A stretch of DNA of 64,000 bases from Octopus sinensis (lineage: Eukaryota). The stretch is from the NCBI RefSeq assembly GCF_006345805.1, contig NC_042998.1, positions 105,710,001 through 105,774,000 of the forward strand. Reading direction: 5' to 3'. This document shows, piece by piece, positions 54,488 to 64,000 of the stretch (within the stretch, counting starts at the first letter, position 1; each line of letters begins with the position of its first letter). A model generated the notes under the pieces. The model was not told the origin of the DNA. It saw only the letters and a program-made list of their open reading frames with translations, and searched no databases. Both the position numbers and the translations under genes were made by a program.

Positions 54488-54753
54488 TACATACATACAT
54501 ACATATATACATACATACATACATGCATGCATATACACATACATATATACATACATACATACATGCATACACACATGCATACACACATACACACATACGT
54601 ACATACATACATACATACATACATACATACATACATACATACATACATGCATATACACATACATACATACAAACATGCATACATACATACATAAATACAT
54701 GCATACACACATACATACATACATACATACATACATATGCATGCATATACACA

Positions 54754-54784
<31 letters not shown>

Positions 54785-54910
54785 GTACGTACATACAAGG
54801 AGCCTTATATCTTTCTTGGAAAGCAGCTCCGTCCTCAGTGGAAGATTTATAATACGTACATACATGCATACATGCATACATACATACATACATATAGACA
54901 TACATACATA
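54488..54910. repeat. (TACA)n microsatellite
   Basis: Direct inspection. Confidence 0.95.
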
Positions 54911-55489
54911 ATGGTGGTGGTGGTAGTGGTGGTGGTGGTGGTGGTGGTGGTGGTGGTGGTGGTGGTGATGTGTGAGAGAGAGAGAGAGAAAGATACCTGG
55001 CTATTGTGACTCTTACTGCAATAATATTAGATAAACGGCTTGCCGTAAGGCATTGCATTATGCTAATTAGTCTTTTACTCTAACTGAATACAAAGACATC
55101 TGCCTCCATACAATGGATAATAAAATCACAAAGCATTTCAGTTTTTTTATTTATTGTGTTCAGATTTATAGACAGAATAACTAAATTCCCTCTCTTATAG
55201 CAAATTGTTACATATTTCCTGAAGCAAAATATTCAATAATCTAATTTTAATGATGACATAATTGACATATATGAAATATCACTGAAATTAACAGTACAAA
55301 TTTTCAGGTCAAGTATGGCTGTTTGGATTAAGCAATGCACTTTGCAACTTTGTATGTTTGGGTTTCAATCCTATTATATGCCAGTGGCATGATAAGCACC
55401 TTCCATGATGGTTCCAAGCTAATCTATGCCCAGTGAATGAGTTTGATAGTTGAAAACTTGGCCTCTATCTATCTATTAGTCTATGTATA

Positions 55490-55540
<51 letters not shown>

Positions 55541-55982
55541 TGTCTGCCTTCCAATTGCTGTTTTTACTGAGATCTCCCTTTTTAGTAGAAGAAATAGCTA
55601 TAACTCTTTGACTGCTATTTCTAAATTCGGTATGTGGTAAGGCAATTCGTTGCTAAACCCTTTATTGCTTAGTATTACTTAAATTTTCCTCGAATGATGA
55701 GGCTTTTACATGCCGAAGACTACTTGGTGTAATTGATAATTATTCCAAATTAATTAATTTCACCCTTCATTATTACGGATAACCATATTTTATCTCAGTA
55801 GATGACCACAGCATCTTGTTTTGGCTACACGCGGGTGGGAAGGGGCTGGTGACACAATCTTTTCATTCACACATTGAATTTGGTGATACTAGTTGCGGAT
55901 TCTAGCTCGCTCTGATACTGAGTTGAGTTGGTGCCTTCTAGTATCTCAAAATTCAATATATAATCATTTATGATTATAGTAT

Positions 55983-56082
55983 TCTACGCTGAAGAGAAAA
56001 GAAGTTTTGGTAAGATAGAATTATTTAATATTTAATTCTTATGCTTTCCTAAAAACTTGATTTCGAAACGTACGTCCGTAGA
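55983..56082 (+). ncRNA. Type I hammerhead ribozyme, copy 1
   Basis: Stem I TCTACG/CGTAGA; core CTGAAGA (55989); ~70-nt stem II hairpin (GAAAAGAAGTTTTGG...CCTAAAAACTTGATTTC); GAAA; stem III C-GTAC-G; GTC triplet with predicted cleavage after 56076. Confidence 0.88.
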
Positions 56083-56575
56083 TAACTTAAAATTGTATGA
56101 TAGATTGCCGTCAATTCATTCTCTCTTACCTGTTTGTGTCTGCCTTCCAATTGCTGTTTTTACTGAGATCTCCTTTTTTAGTAGAAGAAATAGCTATAAC
56201 TCTTTGACTGCTATTTCTAAATTCGGTATGTGGTAAGGCAATTCGTTGCTAAACCCTTTATTGCTTAGTATTACTTAAATTTTCCTCGAATGAGGCTTTT
56301 ACATGCCGAAGACTACTTGGTGTAATTGATAATTATTCCAAATTAATTAATTTCACCCTTCATTATTACGGATAACCATATTTTATCTCAGTAGATGACC
56401 ACAGCATCTTGTTTTGGCTACACGCGGGTGGGAAGGGGCTGGTGACACAATCTTTTCATTCACACATTGAATTTGGTGATACTAGTTGCGGATTCTAGCT
56501 CGCTCTGATACTGAGTTGAGTTGGTGCCTTCTAGTATCTCAAAATTCAATATATAATCATTTATGATTATAGTAT

Positions 56576-56675
56576 TCTACGCTGAAGAGAAAAGAAGTTT
56601 TGGTAAGATAGAATTATTTAATATTTAATTCTTATGCTTTCCTAAAAACTTGATTTCGAAACGTACGTCCGTAGA
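56576..56675 (+). ncRNA. Type I hammerhead ribozyme, copy 2
   Basis: Same motif as copy 1; predicted cleavage after 56669. Confidence 0.88.
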
Positions 56676-57168
56676 TAACTCAAAATTGTATGATAGATTG
56701 CCGTCAATTCATTCTCTCTTACCTGTTTGTGTCTGCCTTCCAATTGCTGTTTTTACTGAGATCTCCCTTTTTAGTAGAAGAAATAGCTATAACTCTTTGA
56801 CTGCTATTTCTAAATTCGGTATGTGGTAAGGCAATTCGTTGCTAAACCCTTTATTGCTTAGTATTACTTAAATTTTCCTCGAATGAGGCTTTTACATGCC
56901 GAAGACTACTTGGTGTAATTGATAATTATTCCAAATTAATTAATTTCACCCTTCATTATTACGGATAACCATATTTTATCTCAGTAGATGACCACAGCAT
57001 CTTGTTTTGGCTACACGCGGGTGGGAAGGGGCTGGTGACACAATCTTTTCATTCACACATTGAATTTGGTGATACTAGTTGCGGATTCTAGCTCGCTCTG
57101 ATACTGAGTTGAGTTGGTGCCTTCTAGTATCTCAAAATTCAATATATAATCATTTATGATTATAGTAT

Positions 57169-57267
57169 TCTACGCTGAAGAGAAAAGAAGTTTTGTAAGA
57201 TAGAATTATTTAATATTTAATTCTTATGCTTTCCTAAAAACTTGATTTCGAAACGTACGTCCGTAGA
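57169..57267 (+). ncRNA. Type I hammerhead ribozyme, copy 3
   Basis: Same motif with a 1-nt deletion in stem II (TTTTGTAAG); predicted cleavage after 57261. Confidence 0.87.
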
Positions 57268-57760
57268 TAACTTAAAATTGTATGATAGATTGCCGTCAAT
57301 TCATTCTCTCTTACCTGTTTGTGTCTGCCTTCCAATTGCTGTTTTTACTGAGATCTCCCTTTTTAGTAGAAGAAATAGCTATAACTCTTTGACTGCTATT
57401 TCTAAATTCGGTATGTGGTAAGGCAATTCGTTGCTAAACCCTTTATTGCTTAGTATTACTTAAATTTTCCTCGAATGAGGCTTTTACATGCCGAAGACTA
57501 CTTGGTGTAATTGATAATTATTCCAAATTAATTAATTTCACCCTTCATTATTACGGATAACCATATTTTATCTCAGTAGATGACCACAGCATCTTGTTTT
57601 GGCTACACGCGGGTGGGAAGGGGCTGGTGACACAATCTTTTCATTCACACATTGAATTTGGTGATACTAGTTGCGGATTCTAGCTCGCTCTGATACTGAG
57701 TTGAGTTGGTGCCTTCTAGTATCTCAAAATTCAATATATAATCATTTATGATTATAGTAT

Positions 57761-57860
57761 TCTACGCTGAAGAGAAAAGAAGTTTTGGTAAGATAGAATT
57801 ATTTAATATTTAATTCTTATGCTTTCCTAAAAACTTGATTTCGAAACGTACGTCCGTAGA
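57761..57860 (+). ncRNA. Type I hammerhead ribozyme, copy 4
   Basis: Same motif; predicted cleavage after 57854. Confidence 0.88.
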
Positions 57861-58352
57861 TAACTCAAAATTGTATGATAGATTGCCGTCAATTCATTCT
57901 CTCTTACCTGTTTGTGTCTGCCTTCCAATTGCTGTTTTTACTGAGATCTCCCTTTTTAGTAGAAGAAATAGCTATAACTCTTTGACTGCTATTTCTAAAT
58001 TCGGTATGTGGTAAGGCAATTCGTTGCTAAACCCTTTATTGCTTAGTATTACTTAAATTTTCCTCGAATGAGGCTTTTACATGCCGAAGACTACTTGGTG
58101 TAATTGATAATTATTCCAAATTAATTAATTTCACCCTTCATTATTGCGGATAACCATATTTTATCTCAGTAGATGACCACATCATCTTGTTTTGGCTACA
58201 CGCGGGTGGGAAGGGGCTGGTGACACAATCTTTTCATTCACACATTGAATTGGTGATACTAGTTGCGGATTCTAGCTCGCTCTGATACTGAGTTGAGTTG
58301 GTGCCTTCTAGTATCTCAAAATTCAATATATAATCATTTATGATTATAGTAT

Positions 58353-58452
58353 TCTACGCTGAAGAGAAAAGAAGTTTTGGTAAGATAGAATTATTTAATA
58401 TTTAATTCTTATGCTTTCCTAAAAACTTGATTTCGAAACGTACGTCCGTAGA
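58353..58452 (+). ncRNA. Type I hammerhead ribozyme, copy 5
   Basis: Same motif; predicted cleavage after 58446. Confidence 0.88.
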
Positions 58453-58637
58453 TAACTTAAAATTGTATGATAGATTGCCGTCAATTCATTCTCTCTTACC
58501 TGTTTGTGTCTGCCTTCCAATTGCTGTTTTTACTGAGATCTCCTTTTTTAGTAGAAGAAATAGCTATAACTCTTTGACTGCTATTTCTAAATTCGGTATG
58601 TGGTAAGGCAATTCGTTGCTAAACGCTTTATTGCTTA

Positions 58638-58670
<33 letters not shown>

Positions 58671-58673
<3 letters not shown>

Positions 58674-59375
58674 GGTGTGATCGGTAAATTGTCACCACTT
58701 TCTACTTTTAATTTTGCTCATGTAGATTATTTCTTTTTGACTTTGTCAACTACACAGTATAGCAGGGTCAGTTGGGCACTATCTGTGAGAAAAACACCAC
58801 CATGATGCAACTCACTCTGCCAGAAATTTGTAAACGATATGCTGCACTGCTTGGCATTCACAATACAAAGATTTCAGAGTGTTTACATGTCAGTCTGAGG
58901 ACAGTGCAATCTGAGGACATGTACCAAGAGTGATAAAAATTAAACATCCAGTCAACGTCATGGTGTTTGGAGTGGTCACAAGTGCTGGAGACATTATGCC
59001 TCCATTCATCTTCCCACACGGCCGAAGTTAGTGTTGCCCTGAGTCAAGAGGGTGGCTTCCAGAAGGCCCTATGTCTGGCAACAGGACTCTGTGCCATGAC
59101 ACACAAGCAGGAGAACCCAGTCATGGCTGTCAGACAATTTCTGCAACACACCACATCACCCTTAACATCAGGCCACCTAACTCTTCAGACTGCAAACCCC
59201 TTGATTAAAATGTGTGGAGAGACCAACAAAACTTCTTGCAGCATAAAAGGTGAACTGAAGGGAAGAATTATGGCAGCATTGACCAACTTAAACAAGGAGA
59301 CCATCCAGAAGAGTTGTAGGAGATTCTGAAGTCGTCTGGATGTTGAAGTAGAAGCTAATGGCGATTTTATTGAAT
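58671..59375 (+). mobile_element. Second copy of the same deleted maT/DD37D-type element, 3'-truncated
   Basis: TA-CAGGGTGTGATCGGTAAATTGTC TIR; KHPVNVMVFGVVTSAGDIMPPFIFPHG; WQQDSV; ETIQKSCRRF. Confidence 0.85.
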
Positions 59376-59630
59376 CGAAACGTAAAAGACTTTTTTCTAT
59401 TCCTGAACGTTATACTAATACATTTGTTTGTTTTGCACATCACCTGTCTTTGTCTTTTGTTTTTTTCGTAAACTCTCCCTTGATATATATATATATATAT
59501 ATAGTGAGAATTTACAAAAAACCAGCAGATGAAGATGGGTGTGTAATCAACAAATAGATATATTAGTTTAACACTTGGGAAGTGAGAAAGTCTTTTATGT
59601 TTCGAGCCTATACTCTTCAACAAAAAGGAA
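59376..59630. mobile_element. Inverted pair of a Penelope-type short repeat around (TA)n
   Basis: CGAAACGTAAAAGAC...CACCTGTCTT-(TA)n-GTGAGAATTTAC...GTCTTTTATGTTTCGAG; relatives at 1-40, 50680-50830, 52110-52205. Confidence 0.6.
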
Positions 59631-59709
59631 CACAGAAATAAGCAGGGAGAGAAAATAGAAAATATATATACACACACACACACACACAATGAGAGAAAAT
59701 GCAAACCAA

Positions 59710-59925
59710 ACTTAAAATAAGTGCTGGGTCAATTTGATCATCTAAAGGGAGAAGCTGATTACCTCAACCCCAGGGTACAACTACCACTTATTTCATTCAC
59801 CCCCAAAAGAAGGAAAGGTAAAGTCAACCTAAAAGGAATTTGAATTTCAGAATGCAAAAGTGGATGAAATGCCACAAAATATTTTGTTCAGCATGATAAC
59901 AATTCTGCAAGCTCATCACCTTACT
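59710..59925 (-). mobile_element. SINE family C, degenerate
   Basis: Reverse complement of head and central domain. Confidence 0.6.
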
Positions 59926-60811
59926 CGAGAACTAAATATTACCAATTTTTTTCAGGCCCCAAGTGCATTGTTCTATTCTGAACAGCAAATTGACAAGTAA
60001 TTTATACCTATCATCTAGGTTTATTGATGTATAAAGAAGATTTTAAAATAATGTTGCATTTTTCATGATAGTGATAACATATTAAATGTTCATAGAATTA
60101 CACTGGCTATCATATTGATCAATGTCCCATTAAATTCAACAAAATTTTACTCATAATTGCTGATATGAATTGATCAGAAAATAAAACTGATATTGATATC
60201 AACGAAACACTGGTTTTGCTTTTATCTAGTCAGATATTCATACAATAAATAAATAAATACTTTCTTTGTAAAGTGTTGACACAATGTATGTCCCATAAAA
60301 TTACATATGAAACATGGGTGTTTTTGGTTTTATGAAAATTTCAATTGCTGTGCTTCAATTTATTAAGCTTGTGAGTCTTTTTTTTTTTTTCCTGCAGATA
60401 AAGAGTTTGCTTGCCCATGAAAGTCTGTTCAAAACAAGAATTTTAAAAAGTTCATATTTAAAAAAAAATTCAGAATGAAATGTTTCTGGGGCTTTAAAGC
60501 ATCAACTGATAAACAAACTGTCTTGTGACAACACGTCCATGAGTGCATCACTGAATAAAGTGGATAGTAAAACAGAGTACAAATTTATTTAAATATATTG
60601 TTATTATCAAAATCAAACTGATAGAAGAAACATAATCATGTAATTTCCCCTCTGCGGACTTTCCTGCAGGTGCAGCCTACACCAGTGAAGTTCAAAGATG
60701 ACTTTCAAATTTCAATTTGTATTTTGTTTAAGACATGATAACCGTTATAGTTCATTTTATACAGCAATTATACTAAATCTGTCTAAACATTCGATTTGTT
60801 CATATAATATT

Positions 60812-61040
60812 ATGAGCTGGCAGAAACGTTAGCATGCCAGGCAAAATGCATAGCCATATTTCGTCTGCCGTTACGTTCTGAGTTCAAATTCCGCTGAGGT
60901 TGACTTTGCCTTTCATCCTTTTGGGGTCGATAAATTAAGTACCAGTTATGCACTGGGGTCAATATAATCGACTTAATCAATTTTTCTGTCCTTGTTTGTC
61001 CCCTCTGTGTTTAACCCCTTGTGGGTAGTAAAGAAATAAA
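60812..61040 (+). mobile_element. SINE family C
   Basis: Matches 51006-51232. Confidence 0.88.
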
Positions 61041-61214
61041 AAAATATTAATGAAAAATATCTGCATGAGATATTTTTCTGGAATTTCATCATAATTAGGA
61101 AGAAATATTCTACACAAGTATGTATTATGCAAGGATAAATACTGTACTTTTTTTTATATTACATGCATTCATGAACAGAATCTTGATCAAACTTTTGAGC
61201 AAAAAGAATAGGCA

Positions 61215-61375
61215 TAGGTGTAGCTGTGTGGTAAGAAGTTTACTTCTCAACCACATGGTTCCAGGTTCAGTCTCACTGCATGGTATCTTGGACAAATGTC
61301 TTTGGTTTGCCTTAGGCAGACCAAAGCCTTGTGAGTAGGTTTGGTAGATGGAAACTGAAAAGAGACCACCATATA
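61215..61375 (+). mobile_element. SINE family A, 5' half
   Basis: Head and body match. Confidence 0.8.
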
Positions 61376-61418
61376 TATATATATATATGTGTATATATAT
61401 ATGTACTATCTATGTATG

Positions 61419-62073
61419 TCCTCATTCGGTTTTATTTCAAGATTTCTTGCCAATACAGAAAGAAATTCTAACCTAGATCCAAGGCTCCTTCATTGGAATT
61501 TTAACATCAACAACAGTTATTTTGTTTGTTTGTATGTATGTATGTACGTACAGATTTTTATGTTTTATGTATGTATTCTCATGCATATAGTTGCATATCT
61601 AGATATGCTCATGTACATTTAAATGATAAACTTCTGGAAAGTTTTACAGATTTTTACAGTTCCAGTAATGGACTGGATCTGTAGTCTCAAATTAGCTTTC
61701 TCCTTGCTGGTTTTGAAAAGCCTAATTTCTCAAGATTGGTATTTAGGTAGTGTGTTACATATCCCAGGGCCCCAATAATTACAGGTATAAACCTGAACTT
61801 GTAATCTGGATAGAGTAACTGCAGATTTCTCAATAGTTCAGCTTAGGTATTCTCTTTTTCACTGAACTTCAGCTTTATCTTAACATCCGCTGGGCAGCTA
61901 ATTCCCACAACTGTTCACAGTTTCGCTTCTCTATCCCAAATCCTTATATCAGGTCTGTTCTGCTTACATTTTATTGAGATCTTCACTGAAACATTCCACC
62001 AGTATTCCTCTTTATTATGAGCGGCTATGGCTTCTGCCATATTGTGGGTTCTTATTTCTTTGTCCTTGGGATC
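61419..62073 (-). mobile_element. R4/Dong-clade copy (same subfamily as 7641-8894), 5'-truncated
   Basis: YWWNVSVKISIKCKQNRPDIRIWD...ELLRNLQLLYPDYKFRFIPVIIGALGYV; stop at 61619; ATGTATG direct repeats at 61412-61418 and 62074-62080. Confidence 0.88.
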
Positions 62074-62757
62074 ATGTATGCATATACGTGTGCATGTCTT
62101 TGTGCCAGTGTATCTCCTGCCCCGGCGTTTGATAACCAGTGTTAGTGTCTATGTCTCCATAACTAGGCAGTTCAGCAAAAGAGATTGATAGAATGCATAC
62201 CATACTTTAAAAAGGAAAAGAAAATTGAGATTGATTCATTCAAATAAAGTTCTTCAGAGTGGTGCTCTAACATAACTGCAGTCTAATGAATAAAATAAGT
62301 AAAATGAAAAAAAAAAAATAGTCTGATAAGCTAGTTAATGATTACTTTTTCAAAGGTTCTCTCTAGCTTGCTTTTATCACACAAACCAAGATCATATGTA
62401 ATAATTTGGGAATTTGATTTTCAAAATCAGTTAAATGTTTATTTAAAAACTGCAGAAACGTTTGTAATGAACAAATAAAAATTGTACACTGATAATTATA
62501 AATGCATCAGCAAAAACAACAAATGAGCTTATATTCTTTCTAATTTGTTGCTAAGGATTCTAAATTTAACAACCAGAAGCTCTTCAGCAAACCTAACACT
62601 TTTTTAAAAATAGGGATCAATTATTTATTTCTAAATCTTTGGAAGCTATGTTAATAGAATAGTTGAAATCACTGATTAAAATGCTTTAATCTTTTGCATA
62701 GCCACTATAAAATTGTCTTCAGCTGAGATTGCAAAAGCATTTAAGACCACCACTAAC

Positions 62758-62813
<56 letters not shown>

Positions 62814-64000
62814 ACTCTTGGAGTGGTTGGCATTAGGAAGGGCATCCAGTCATAGAAACCTTGCCAAATCAGATCGGAACCTGGAGCATCCCACTGGCTT
62901 ATCAGTTTTTAGTCAACCCATGCCAGCATGGAAAGAGGACGTTAAATTATGATGATGATAGTTGATCAATATTTCATATAATTGTTGAGTCTATTCCACA
63001 TACATATATATAATTGTGTGTGTGTGTGTGTGTGTGTGAGTGTGTGAGTGAGTGTGTGTGTGTGTGCACTCGCATGTGCAAATGTTTCTATCTGCATTCA
63101 TACTTATAATAGATGACAGAATTTGTATGTTATGCAATACACATGCTAACACATATAGAATGTTAGCAGTAGAATAGCTGATTTGATGGTATATCTGCGT
63201 GGATACCTGGCTTTGAAGTCACATGCCAGTATTCTACTACATGTATTTTATGTGAAGACACTTAACTAGTTTTGGCTTCTCATCTGTTTAAAAGTATCAT
63301 TATTCAGCCCAGATGATATAACACTGGCAACTGACAAATGATTGGTTAAGCATTTAGCAATGCAGTCTACATTATTTTTCTTCATTCACTGACAAATGAA
63401 TAGTTTTAGTATTTCAAATGGTCAAATATCAGTAGGCAATATATTGATAGCCCTTATACATAAGTTACTGACAAAATACTTTTAGCTTTCATCCAGAAAG
63501 AAGGTGACTAATCATAAACACTATTTCAGCCGGAATCTTTAAATCTTAAAGTTATGATTATATTGGAGAATACATAGAATTTTCGTTAAATGTATATGAT
63601 ATGTAATGCATAAAACATGCTGAGACTGCACTCATATGCTATAAGATGAAGTACAATAGCTAGGAAGACAAGTTGTGTACTACTGATCACATACATGGCC
63701 ATCTATTGAAACCTTACTTCAAACACTAGGTTGTCTCTCTTGACAAAGCAATTAACTCTGCTTACCTCTATATTGCTTGGCTGTCAATATATTTCATTTT
63801 AGCTTCATAGCTGAGTTATGGTTAGCAGCTGGTAGGTTAATAACATCCATCAGTAATCACAATTGTTCCATCTGCAATAGTCTTAGTCATTTTAACACTA
63901 GTTTGATAGCGATCACTCTGTTGTGGCAAAAAGACAAAAACTTTAATTTAAATTTAAATTTTTTCACTTAAAATGCTACCTTTCATATAATATATAGTCT

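Larger units (their letters stand above)
55537..58640 (+). repeat. Tandem array of ~593-bp non-coding unit (5 full units + partial sixth), each full unit with a hammerhead ribozyme; retrozyme-like / Penelope-associated element
   Basis: Ribozyme core CTGAAGA recurs at 55989, 56582, 57175, 57767, 58359 (period 592-593). Units differ by only a few substitutions/indels. Array is bounded by (TA)n on both sides and has no ORF in the track. Confidence 0.95.

Noticed and set aside
54405-55058. 217-aa ORF with poly-Pro and MYVC repeats, and similar YI/HT/CV-repeat ORFs throughout
   Set aside because: Read-through of (GGT)n, (TACA)n, (TA)n and (CA)n microsatellites
55537-58640. CRISPR array or collapsed coding gene
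   Set aside because: Units are identical end to end with no unique spacers and no ORF; eukaryotic context
60390-60740. Acceptor-like sites (T-run CCTGCAG at ~60397; CTTTCCTGCAG at ~60669), similar ones at ~6024 and ~9692
   Set aside because: Followed by short closed frames with no donor or homology; cannot be assembled into a gene

Overview
Repeat-saturated, AT-rich eukaryotic intronic/intergenic DNA. The SINE families and microsatellite load best fit an octopus/coleoid cephalopod (inference). No host protein-coding gene can be supported; ORF-track hits are microsatellite read-throughs or decayed transposon ORFs. Recognisable elements: a full-length decayed piggyBac (TTAA-flanked), mariner and maT/DD37D-type relics, four R4/Dong-clade LINE fragments, a HERO-like RLE LINE, RTE fragments, a Penelope-like GIY-YIG relic, many tRNA-derived SINEs and about 15 fold-back palindromes. 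The standout is a >99% identical tandem array of a ~593-bp non-coding unit (55537-58640, ~5.2 copies, inside a (TA)n tract). Every full unit carries a canonical type I hammerhead ribozyme with a palindromic mini stem III, so it is a candidate retrozyme/circRNA-producing element. Related hammerheads occur at ~19.9 kb and as a head-to-head pair at ~50 kb, with several degenerate cores elsewhere. A second notable signal is that three Dong-like insertions are each bounded on both sides by (TATG)2, suggesting (CATA)n target specificity.
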